Shown: positions 38,515-50,600 of the stretch, piece by piece
Numbering within the stretch: position 1 is the stretch's first letter
Layout: every line of letters starts with the position of its first letter
Assembly: GCF_037042905.1 (NCBI RefSeq)
Contig: NC_087245.1
Coordinates: 36,706,001 to 36,766,000, forward strand
DNA length: 60,000 nt
Direction of reading: 5' to 3'
DNA from: Lytechinus pictus
Taxonomy: Eukaryota
Program-made: the position numbers and the translations under genes
Notes under the pieces: generated by a model
Database searches by the model: none
Told to the model about the DNA's origin: nothing
What the model saw: only the letters and a program-made list of their open reading frames with translations

Positions 38515-39188
38515 AATTCTCGCTACCCCAAATAGCGATTTCGCCGAGATCCGGGAAAATCCCTGTAACGCGCATTGCATTATGGGATAGCTTTTCGGTA
38601 TTACAACTTCCTGTTCGGAAGTCCAATGCACTGTTTTGCCATTCAGAACAATAGTGCTGTCACGCACAACAACACAACGTCTCTTTCGCTCGGAAAGTTC
38701 GTGATCACAACCCTCTCTTTCACGATACAGTTTAACGGCCTTTTCTGCTAAAGTCATTAATTCTGCCCGACGCTTTCCATTGCACGGTATTCCTCTGTCA
38801 GTTAAGATTTTTTTCAGTTCCGAAACTGTTTTTTTATCCATTTTGTGGTCGACGAAAAATTGAACGGAATGAATGCTGTATATATTTAGCGTCTAGTCGA
38901 ATACGATCGTGAGGTCAGGCTGGTCTTTACTTTTTTATAACCAAATAAAAACATTTATAAAAATATAATTCAAATGGAAACAAAACTGACCTAATTAAAT
39001 AAAAAGTATTATAATTTGTACATGTTACGCTGATTGGCATCGATTCCAGCGTGGTGGAAAACTCAGTATCACGAACCTCGCGCGAGCATGACTCTGAACC
39101 GGAAGTGGTGATGACGACCCGACGGAGTGAAAATTATCTCGTATCGCACATTATGAGATTTTTGTTCCTATTTGGGGTAGCGAGAATT
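38515..39188 (-). mobile_element. TIR element carrying a truncated SAP-domain-like ORF (starts 38841)
   Basis: Perfect 21-bp TIR AATTCTCGCTACCCCAAATAG; ORF begins MDKKTVSELKKILTDRGIPCNGKRRAELMTLAEKA. Confidence 0.75.
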
Positions 39189-39230
39189 AAAGAAAATATT
39201 GACAATTGAAAGTTTGTCCAAAACTCTAAC

Positions 39231-39413
39231 CTCTTAATTGACCTTCGGGTTTCAATCTACCATCAGACGATCTCCTTTCAGTGTTTGTTGGAACTTCTCT
39301 CTCAGCCTCTAGATCTTCTTCTTCTTGTTTATGTTCTAGTATGGACTTCCTGATTGGTAGATCCTTTGGTCGGCTACCAGGGTTTTTGTCACTGGACTTG
39401 GAACCTTGGGAAT
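39231..39413 (-). CDS. PIKFYVE: PIKfyve coding exon 2
   Basis: gattgcag|ATTCCC...TAAGAG|gttaga; DSQGSKSSDKNPGSRPKD...; phase 1-1; an alternative in-phase donor lies 12 nt inside. Confidence 0.75.
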
Positions 39414-39510
39414 CTGCAATCAAATGACATTCTATAGATCACTCTGATGTTCTCTTGATTTAAATTCAATTCAATTTAACAATTCTGTTGATTACAAATG
39501 TCTATAAATA

Positions 39511-39730
39511 ACTGGGCATTGTGGCATGCATTTGTAATCCAAGCTATACTTAGAAGTTACACATTGGTGCAGAGGTTCCAGCACGAGTCACGTCTTTCGG
39601 ATAGTAATGTTAACTGTCGATCCCAGACGTAAATAACCATATCTGACTGATACATGTTTGACAAAATTAATTAAACAAATATATACATTAAAAAATACAT
39701 TGAAAATATGGCTCTACTGGTAAATAATAG
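39511..39730 (+). mobile_element. Candidate 7SL-headed SINE
   Basis: CTGGGCATTGTGGCATGCATTTGTAATCCAAGCTA resembles the 7SL Alu-domain 5' end; followed by GTCTTTCGGAT...GTTAA...GACGTAAA. Confidence 0.5.
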
Positions 39731-39769
39731 TATGTTCTTAATATTAAGAATTTAATTCTTGATACCATG

Positions 39770-40090
39770 TCTGCAACTGAATTCTCTCACCAGTACAAAG
39801 GGTCATGCGCACAAGCTTTTCAAGATCAGAGCTATTAAGAATACAAGTAGGAACTTTTTTACATTGAGAATCTGCAACTTATGAAATAGTCTTCCTGAGC
39901 TTGTAGTAGAATCTAAGGATGTATTACAATTTGAAATGAGGATTGATTTTTGGTGGCGCAATGCAGAATTTAAATCTGATTATAAGGTTCCTCCCCCGGA
40001 CCGCGTCAATTCTTCAGACGTCACTGTATATTGCCAGTAGCTGGACATAGAGGAACAGAAGATCCTGCGTCCAGGACTGAACCATATGTA
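39770..40090 (+). mobile_element. CR1-clade LINE 3' fragment
   Basis: Translates TKGHAHKLFKIRAIKNTSRNFFTLRICNL*NSLPELVVES, the CR1 ORF2 C-terminal signature (TRGH..KL...FF..R....WN.LP..VV); 3' stem CTGGAC...GTCCAG. Confidence 0.8.
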
Positions 40091-40283
40091 TATATGAACT
40101 GCGATCTGTTAACACAAAATGGCTTCCTTGACATAAGTTATTTACTTCTGGACATCAAGAATTCAATCATTTGATAGTTAGAACTATTATTGATCAATAG
40201 GATTAAATTTCAGAACAGCTTGCCATTGGACATTGGCCAATACGTTCAGGTGCCACATCCCCTTCAGGAGCAAATTTCCTTAC

Positions 40284-40410
40284 CTTTTCCCTTGCGGAAC
40301 CAGCCAGTAATCGAGAACCTTGATGTCTGGGTAGGATCATCACCTGGAGGCCTTGGAAACAAAGTGAGATTGCTCTCTTCCAGTTCTCTTCCTGATGATG
40401 ATGCAGCCAT
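40284..40410 (-). CDS. PIKFYVE: PIKfyve first coding exon (exon extends as 5' UTR to 40473)
   Basis: AACATGG start; MAASSSGRELEESNLTLFPRPPGDDPTQTSRFSITGWFRKGK; donor AAG|gtaagg; acceptor tttcttttattctacag at 40474. Confidence 0.8.
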
Positions 40411-41528
40411 GTTCTTGATTCTAATGCTACATCGGCATTCTCATAAGCAGGTATATATGTTCTGTGAATCAATCTGTAGAATAAAAGAAATCGATATAAG
40501 CTGCTAAAGTCTTCCGTGCTAAATTCCTCCATGAACTGCAGGCCTCAAGTAGCAGTAAGAGTACAGTTAACTTGATAAACTGACTGTAAGTGACGGACGG
40601 AGTGCAGCAGTTTGGTAAAAAACGTGATGTCTTGGAAGATTTATTGTATCATAAACAAACGGATGAGGAGCTGGGTGAAAGTTGGGGGAATGGTAAAAAA
40701 GACATTATCAATGACAACAAAGGGGATAAGTCTGGTTCAAAAGTAAAGATAAGAGTCTGCATTCGTGATAGTTTAGATTGGCTATAGCACTGTTACCTGG
40801 ACTGGTATTGACAAAGTAACCGTAATGGCAAAATTACCACAAAGGTAAGTTCTTTATGATATGTATGAAATGTTCCAGAGCCGTAAAGAATAATTCATTT
40901 TTATTGTAGACCAACTGGTAGTAAACCAAGTGAATCTATATGTATTACATTTCTAAGCACGGGGTGATTACCTTGGACGGAGTGTAGGTCAGAGTCACGA
41001 GATGAGGCCTGGGGAAAACCTCCTAGTCTCAGACCACATGACTCAGACTGAGGCCAAGGAAAGGCTGTGAAAATGAGGCCTCGTGGCTGGCCTCAACTCC
41101 GTCCCTGGTTATTACATCAGAAACTGGATTCATGAGCACAAGTTGAGGGAAAAACTCAATGTTTAAAGGTATTAATATATAGATTTCGTTTGCATTCATA
41201 TATTTTCCCATTATACATGTATATAGTGGGTTCTTCTTATTTTTTTTAAATCTGTCTCTGCATCTTCATTTTCTTCTTCCTCCTCTTCCCTCCTTCCTTT
41301 TTCTCCTCTTCTCCTTCTTTATTTTCCATTTTTCTTTCTTACCCTCTTCCTCCTCCTCCTTCTTTTCCTTCTTTCTCTCCTTCTGTTGTGTGCTGCAAAC
41401 AAAGACACTACAATGGAAAGACAGGACACTTCAGCGAATACATCAGTGTGCACAAATTCACTGAAGTGTCTAGTCTTCAGCTTGTAGTGTCTTCCATTGT
41501 CATCAAGTGTCCAAAACAAAATATGCCA

Positions 41529-44527
41529 CATAGAGATGTATACTAATTACGCTAGAGTGCGGAGTCGCCATAGGCGCGCGTACTTAACGTCTGTGATAGC
41601 GCGGAGCGTGGTCGGCCATTGCTCGATAGGTCTAGATTTGCAGAAGTACCCGGATGTACACATAGCTCGTGCGTTGTAACACTGTGAAAAAGGGATGCCG
41701 TCTCCGGCCTTTTTTCTTTAATAAAAGAATCCAACCTCATTACAATCGAAAATGTAAATGACAAATTGCATCTCAATAAACTATTAGTGTGATTACATGG
41801 GTATTCTGCTATTAATTAATTTGGCATATTTACCTGTGACTTCTCGAGATGAAATTCTCTTAAATAATTTGCATTTACCTGTTGGTTTATCATATTTATA
41901 GGCCTATAAAAATATTGATAATGTCACGTAAATGAATACATAAAAATAAAACATACAACCTACATTAATAGAAATATTGACAATTAATTAAAAAGGCAGT
42001 GAAATTAGCCCATCTTCTCCGCTGGATTTCCCTACCTTTAACTGCATCGCCCTTTTCCACATTTCCTTCATTCACGTCACTTGATGTTCTCATGACCAAT
42101 TTGTTTATGTTGGATATAATATTTTAATTTCTATATAGGCCTACTATATGTAACTTGCTTTAATTTGTATGAAATATATCATTTTTCTAAAGTACAATAA
42201 TTTGTATTTGAAAGTAAGTGTTTTGATCTTTGATTATGCGCTATTATAGTAGTATAAAGGGTAGATCATTATTGTTCTTGGCGTTACACCAGTGTACATT
42301 CTGAATTCCGAGGTTTTACAATAAATCCAGATCGGCTGTGAATAGTGACCAGCCGAATATTAGATTAAGATTTAAACCATATAGGATTTATACATATAAA
42401 GCTAAAAGATTTGAATTCAAATCATTTGAGATTTAAAAGTTAATCCTACAGATTAAAATAATATCAAAAATTTGGCTGGTTACCATTCACAGCCGATCTG
42501 GATTTTTTTTAAATCCTTGGAATTCAAAGTTTACGTGTTGATTTTTTTCTCATAGAAACATAATAAATTCCCAAAATCTGCAGGCCTATATGGCACCGAA
42601 AATGAAATATTGATTAAAAATGTAGAGAATGACTTTTTCCAACTATTTGCTTTTTAATTCCCTTCACTTTAAGTTAGAATTGTTTTTTTATTCGCTTTTT
42701 AGGGGGTGGGTGTAATTAAAGTGTCATATACGCACCCAATCAAAATTACTTTGACACACTGATCAAAATAAAATACAAGGGGCGCGACTGGATCCCTCCC
42801 TAAAGTGAATGAACATGACATAATAAATGAATGTGATTTTATGCACCCCCTGCTTCAAAATCATTCTGTGGATGTGCTAGCCAATGAAATTAAAAGAAGA
42901 AAAATAGAAGATCAAATTCAGTTATACTTTTAAAATGACAAAACTGAATATGCAAAACGCGTGTTTACCGGTTTATGACATATATAGTGTTTGGAAATCA
43001 TTGCCATAAAGTTAACACAGACACAATTAATTAACACAATTTCAAGACAAGGATGATCACTCAACAGCTGACAATTTGTAACATCTTATTCCAAGTATTT
43101 TCAGTTTTGCCATATTCAAACAATGATTATGTTTGGTTTTAGTACTCACAATTTTGCAACCGTTTCTATAATGATAAGTTTATTAAGTTTGCATTTATGA
43201 ATCTCTTTCATGATATTGTTATCAATTGGTTTTATACACTCAGTTTTAGTAATAATCCTCAGTCTTCCCGCCCTTTTTCTTCTCTTCTCCTCCTTATTCC
43301 TCTATACTTCTTATTATTCTATCCTTGATTTGTTCACATAATATTGGTCCAATCATTATAGGAAACAAACGCCGGCCATAATTATATCAACATAATATTT
43401 CAGCCGGTTTGCCGATCTGCATAGTATTCAGCCAGAGTGAATCAAGTTTAGACTTTCCAGAAAATCAAAGTCAAATTGTTTTATGTTGCATAAAACACGC
43501 ATTGTAATTTGTTTACTCTCCGAAATATTGAAATGTTTGCAAGTCAATAATACACTGTAAACATCCAACACAAGTTTACCCCATTGCTAGGCCTCCTGTA
43601 CATTGCAAAATTGTACGACTGCATGCGCACATTTGATATATATGCAAATTTTGCTGTCAACAAACTTTTCTACATTGCTCGCAAGTATAAAGTAATCAAT
43701 ATGATCGGATGGTTGACAGCATTGGAAATTTAAATCATAAACTTATCAATTAATTGGACCAATGCATAAATCATTTTCAAATATTATCAATAAAAGTCAT
43801 TTTATGACTCACGAGTTATTGTGATGTTGGTTATATCGACGTTTAAAACCATGGGGAAAGGAGTTAGGCCCTTTTCGATATATGATTTTTATGTGTAGAT
43901 CTATATGGAAAATACATTATAAAAATTGTCAAAAGTAAAGAAATACTGAAATTATCAGCAATCAGCATCATATTAAATAGGAAACTATACTTGAAAAAAT
44001 GCAGTCGTGTTTTTTTTTTGATACCTTGTGTCTCGGATGCATCAGACACTGTGAATTTCTGAGGTCAACTTGAACACCATGTTAAATTTGCAAGACCTAG
44101 AACGATATGCCTAGGCCTGCATGTTATTTTTAATATTCATCCCTTCCAAATCATTAGAAAATAGAAGTCATATAATAATACATCGAAATGTTATGACCAA
44201 AGCAAAAACAATTGGGGATGCATTGGACTGTATTATTTGTAGGATATATCATGCCCTATATAGGCAGTTTTATCCTCAGTTTTGATGGATTCTTTGTTAA
44301 TTTGAACTTTAATCCAGTGCGATTTACAATTTTGCTTTTCCATTTGCTTTCACGCTCATATGTCATCTTTTTTGTCCTGTTCTGTGCTCATCTGTATACA
44401 TGCCCCATAGGTACAGTACGCGTATTGCAGGCTGCAAAGACCTATCGAGTAATGGCGGCCGGTCTCCGCGTAATCACAGCGATTTGATGAAGTACGCCCT
44501 CTAGCGTTATTAGTATATATCTCTATG
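41529..44527. mobile_element. P-element-like non-autonomous transposon, 3.0 kb
   Basis: TIR CATAGAGATRTATACTAATWACGCTAGAG with weaker inverted similarity for ~110 bp; perfect 8-bp TSD ATATGCCA (41521-41528, 44528-44535). Confidence 0.85.
42294..42534. mobile_element. MITE nested in the P-like element
   Basis: ~60-bp inverted arms including AAATCCAGATCGGCTGTGAAT. Confidence 0.7.
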
Positions 44528-44910
44528 ATATGCCATCAGTATATTTACGATCAAGACCAATTTAAAATAAGCTGGTTTGGTTAGTCGTCTCAGCTCACTA
44601 TGAAAATCTTTTTTTTTTCAATTTGTTTTTAATAAAAATGTATTCAGCTAATCAAAGTACCTTGATCTCTATGAGTGGATATTTACAAAGCCAATTTTAA
44701 TAGAACATTGGCTAGTGAAACTCTACAGAAGAAACACTGGTCTAAAAATGATATCTGTCCCTATTTACAAGGATTTTCTTCATTTATAATGATTTCTCCA
44801 CACAATAAATCTGGGAGAGCTCATTTACCTGTCAAGTGCTAAGTGCACTAGTCGATGTAAATATATTGGGTTTCGCAACTAACATGACTATAGGAAGCTG
44901 GCAAATCATA

Positions 44911-45917
44911 AACAAGTGGAACGCCTCTGGCAGTCTAGCCTGCATTACACAATTCGATATTGCAGCAGTGCTGCCTTTGAAAACAATTAATGAATATCTA
45001 TTCACAGAAGAAAACACTAATATGATTATAAAATATTATGTCCATTGACCTTTGACCATGACATGTGTAAAACAATCATTCATACTTGATTACCCTTATT
45101 GGGATGTTTCATGAGCTAGATCCATAAACTTTCTAAGCTATGATGCCAAATCAACACGGCCAGAGTTCATTGACCTTTAAATGATTTCTTATCTTGGCCA
45201 TGGCGCACAGGGTATTAAGGGATACATTGCTGCTCTTAAGTTCAAGTTTCATGAACTAGAGTCATAAACTTTTAAAGTTACATGTATGAAGACAATTCCA
45301 CAAATACCCTCAACATTACCAAAGTTTGTTGACTCTAAATGACTTTTGACCTTGGTCATGTGACCTGAAACTCGCACAGGATGTTCAAGGATACATGTAC
45401 TTGATTGCTCTTAATGTCCACGTTTCATGAACTAGATCCATAAACTTTCAAAAGTTATGATGACACTTCCGCAAATAACCCCAACATGGCCAAAGTTTGT
45501 TGACAGCAAGTGACCTTTGACTTCAATCATGTGACCTGAAACGCAGGATCTTCAGTGATTATTACCCTTATATGTTATTTTTATGAACTACATGTAGGTT
45601 CATATACTTTCTAAGTTATGATGACATTTCAAAAATTTAACCTTGGTTAACATTTTGATATTGAGTCCCCCAAAATGGTTGAAGTTCATTGACCCAAAAT
45701 GACCTTTAACCTTGGTCATGTGACCTGAAACTCCAGCAGGATCTTCACTCTTGAGTAATACTTGATTACCCTTATGTCCAAGTTTCATGAACTAGGTCCA
45801 TATACTTTCTAAGTTATGATGACATTTCAAAAACTTAACCTTGGTTAAGATTTCACCACCACCATCGGAAAAGCGGCGCCTATATAGTCTCGCTCTGCTA
45901 TGCAGGCGACATAAAAA
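44911..45917 (+). mobile_element. HINE-like family A, copy 4
   Basis: Same termini and tandem units as copies 1-3; carries three CATGTA insertions. Confidence 0.85.
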
Positions 45918-46739
45918 TAGACAATAAACTTGGGGGAATTCAGGTCACAAAATCTATGTTCAGCATTCTCAGTTCCTGTAATCGTTATCTATATATGTCC
46001 CGCAGTGGGAAGTGAAGAACAAAAAAACTGTCATCATAAACCAAGACAATCTCAATTTATCAAGACCGCGCCTCTACTGATGAAAGCAGCATTTGGAGGG
46101 GGAAACTGAGGGGGAAAAAATATAGCTCTACAAGTGCCTAGGCTTTAACCTTGCATTAGCAAATTATCTTACTCTTCAAAAGCCTCTAGAAAAGTATGGT
46201 AAACGCATATATCATATATCATAACCTTGTTCAAGTGGGTAAACGTAGCAATACACAGTTCAAGATTTGAAGAAATTTGGAGAATGCACCAGTACAATGA
46301 AATTTAAAATTGCAATTAAATGAAAAATAGACGAATTGGTCGATCTTTAGATCTAGAGCTAAGTTGGTTAGACATTTTTAGGAAAATTCATTTCATGAAA
46401 AGAAAATTTAGAAGTAACAAATAGAACTAAAGCGGGCACTTTAGTCTTTATTCATGATTTCACAAACTCAGTCACTCTCAACTTGTCTCATGTCATATCA
46501 TGACTTGGCTCACTCAATCTCACCTCTCGTTCAGGTGCAGGCCTCAGCATCTTCACTAAATCATAATTTTTGCATGATCCAGAATCAGATTTCAATGGAG
46601 TTTTGCATTGACATACAACAACAATACTTTGAAAACAATAGCCAAATTTGTACGCCCAGGCCAAGCTTGAAGAACCGGAAACGCAAGGTTCGCATCCACG
46701 GTCACGCCGAGGCCACGGCTCCGCATGCCAGCACACCTG

Positions 46740-47041
46740 GGGCCGATTGCTCGATAGGGTCTTTCCAAGGACCGTCTTTTATGATGCGCTATAAGCGGGG
46801 TGTTTCTGAAATTTATGTTTAAAAAATAAAATTTGTTAGCTTGCTTTTAAATCAAATTTTATACAATTTCATGAGATATCACATCATTTTATAAACAAAT
46901 ACCGGTATTTTGTTTATTTTTAACGGATGAATAAAATATGTTTGCAGATAATTTATTTGAAATGTGTTTCACATGGCGCATCATACAAAATGGGCGACAC
47001 GAAAGACGGTCCTTGCAAAGACCCTTTCGTGCAATCGGCCC
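46740..47041. mobile_element. Harbinger-like MITE
   Basis: CTG|GGGCCGATTGC...GCAATCGGCCC|CTG; ~40-bp imperfect TIRs. Confidence 0.8.
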
Positions 47042-47605
47042 CTGCCCTGGCCGCGGCAGGTCAATTATGCCGAAACGCTCGGCACTTGTCCCACCACCGT
47101 ACGCACGGTACCGGTACGGTACACCCTAACCCAGAGAGCTCCCGCCAGAAGCTTACCATGTATTTGACCATATTCACCGGACTAGGGTGATTTATGGTCT
47201 AAATATTTCTCCAAATGAATTGTGAAAACAGAAAGTATACAATTACCACGATTATATGGATGAAGGTCTAACGAGTGGCAGTTTCCTGACATCTGGGCAC
47301 AGACTGGAACCTCAAAAAAACGAAAAGTTCTCTCCTCTACCCCAGTCTCGATCGGCCATTTTGTTACGATTTTTAACAAAAATGGCCGATCGAAACGGGG
47401 GTAGAACTAGTAGAAGGAGAGAACTTTTCGTTTTTTTGAGGTTCCAGTCTGTGCCCAGATGTCAGGAAACTGCCACTCGTTAGACCTTCATCCATATAAT
47501 CGTGGTAATTGTATACTTTCTGTTTTCACAATTCATTTGGATAAATATTTAGACCATAAATCACCCTAGTCCGGTGAATATGGTCAAATACACGGTAAGC
47601 TTCAG

Positions 47606-50600
47606 GGCCCGTATTCCATAAACGAGATAAGCTTTTTGCTTAAGTCTTAGCAATTTGTCTTAGCATTTTGCTTGTCTAAGAAATCTTCCCTAACGATATT
47701 CTATAAACTTTAAGACATTTGTCTCAAGTCAGACGATATGGCTAAGCCAAAGTCTCAAAGTCAAATTCTATGACCTTCTAAACTGCTGCAGGGGTAACTG
47801 CAACAAAATAGCAAAAATGTCATTGAAGTTGTTTTTTCTTAACAAGTTTGATTTTATTGAAACTAATTACAACTATTGTAGTAAAAGAAGAGCATTCATC
47901 ACCCATATATGGTAAGAATTCTTTATTCAGATTATTCTATATTTTGTTAATTATACCAAAACATTTCAATCCCAAACCGAGTGACTTGCACAGTTTTTTA
48001 TGTATCAGTCCCATTCATTACTTTTCATGTATTGTTTGTCAAAATCTAAATGGAATAGGGTAGATTCCTCTCGACATCTTTATTCTACTTCAGTTGAAGT
48101 AGACCTAGGGTCTAAGGGAAAACATTTGTAACTTTTGAGACTAGTCTTGGGTCTAACATTAGGCCTAGATCTAGCCTAGGCCCAAGATCTACAACTAATA
48201 ATAATATCCGTCTGTTTGGAGGAGAATTGAACATTGTTTTTACTTTTTACTTTCCTGAAGGCTGAAGCAAAACGTAACTTTGTTAGTCTAGTGCCGTAGT
48301 GGAGCAACTGAGACTGAAGCTACATATAGGCCTAGATCTAACGATAGACCTATATTAGTATTGGTCTAGGCCTAGAACATGCAGGACTTAGCCTGGCTTA
48401 GCCTTAAGACAGGGATAGATCTAGGCTATCTAGATCTACATGTAGGTCTAGAATAGATCTGACTTAGACCAAAAGCTTCAGTCTCCGACTGTATTTTGGT
48501 TGTTCCGCTATTTTAGTATTACGAGTACGACACTAAACAGTCTAACGTTACGTTGGCCTAGTCTCACCAATGTGATATGACAGTAAATGTCAGAAACTTT
48601 TAAATAAATCCCCAGAAACGACGGTTATTCCTGTCAACAGTGCTAGATATATCGCTATGCATTGCTTGCCAACTATGCCTAAAGTTAGATCTAGTCCTAG
48701 TAGTAGTCTAGACATCTATCTAGATCTACTCCTGCTTTAGGTCCATCTGTTTGTTTGGAGTTTTTATTTTATACATTTTGAGGACTTGTTTAGATCTAGG
48801 TTTCCAGGACTAGAAAACAGGCCTAAACCTAGACCAACACTGGCAACAGCTCAGTCTAGACTAGGGCCTAGATTTATATAAGAATTTAGATCTAAGGCCT
48901 AGGCGGCCTAGCCTGTGCTTTCTTCTATTCATTCTAGATTTTATTTCTAGCCTATCCGGTAGCCCTAACGTTAGGACTTGCTGATCTAGTCTACTGTTTG
49001 ATCTAGAAATCTCTAACCTAGGCCTAGATCTAGACTAAATGACTTACTCACTTAGACTAAAAGTTAGACCCTATCTAGATCTAGAACTATACCAATCTAG
49101 GTGTACATAGGGTCATAGTAATAGGTCTAGATCTAGAGACTTGTAGACTCTATCTCAATGTAGATTCTAGATCTAAAAATAGTAAATGTAGGCGCTAGAT
49201 CTAGTCTAGTTCTACTCATCTAACGTTAGGCCTGAGAAAGGAAGTAGGCTAGGGATCTAGCATTGGATTATTTCTAGGACTAAAGAATCTTGATCTAGGC
49301 TTAGATATAAACTAGGGGCTGTAGTTCGAAATCTTGAGGTCTAGCCCCCCCCCCCCCCCAAAAAAAAAAAAAAAAAAAAAAACTAGAACTAAGCCCTCAG
49401 CTACATGTAGTTCTCTATGTAGCCAAACAAAAGTTAGCATTGACCATTGTCTTAATCTTTTTTGGCGTATACATGTAGTTATCATACAAACACATATTTT
49501 GATGAATGAGAAAATGTGTCTTGCAGATTATTTTAGCTCAAAACCTACATTTCATGGACATATAGGCCAATGTCATAAAATGAAGAAGTAGTTCAATACA
49601 CATCATGCTGTTTACACATTTATTGATCTGATATGCTGTTACCATGGCAACAAATTTTCAAATATATGACTTGCAGATCTACACCTCAAAATCAATGTGT
49701 GAGCCAACTTTTATAAGAATTGGTAAAACTAATAAAGGGATTCAAACCACAAGATTTTCACCTAATTTCTTTATAAATATAATATGTTGTTACCATAGCA
49801 ACACGAATTCTGATACAGGCAAAAGTATATCTTAGACATCTTCAACTCAAGACTATTGTGTGCGCCAACATTTTAGGAGAATTGACCAGTTGAAAACTGA
49901 TAAAGTAATTCAAATTACAAGATTTTCATCTAGTTTTTGTTATTTTATTTGTTGCCATGGCAACGCAATTTTTTATAAAGGCATAAAATATACTTTCCAC
50001 ATCTTCACATCAAGACTAACGTTTGTGCCACATTTCATGAGAATTGATTAAAAACTGAAGAAGTCGTTGGAACTGCAAGATTTTTACATAATTTTTGCCC
50101 TAATATACCGTTACCATGGCAACACAATTTCCGACACATGCGAAAATGTGTCTTGCACATCTTTACCTCAAGACTTATGTCTGTGGCAAACATCATGAGA
50201 AGTGGTTGAAATATTGTAAACTTGTGAAAACCACAAATTTTTCACCTAATTTTCGTTATTTAATATGCTGTTACCATGCCAACGTAATTTTTGTATATAG
50301 CCATAAAATATGTTTTGCACATCTTCACATCAAGACTAATGTTTGTGCCACATTTCATGAGAATTGGTTAAAAACTGAGGAAGTAGTTGGAATAGCAAGA
50401 TTTATACATAATTTTTGCCATAATATACTGTTACCATGGCAACACAATTTCCGACACATGCAAAATTGTGTCTTGCACATCTTTTCCTCAAATCCAATGT
50501 GTGAGCCAACTTTCATGAGAATTGGTAGAAAACCGATGAAGTAATTTAAATTTTAAATTTTGGCCATAATATACTGTTACCATGGCAACACAATTTCTGA

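Noticed and set aside
50116..50544. 142-aa ORF
   Set aside because: Lies in a tandem array and simply repeats the unit translation.
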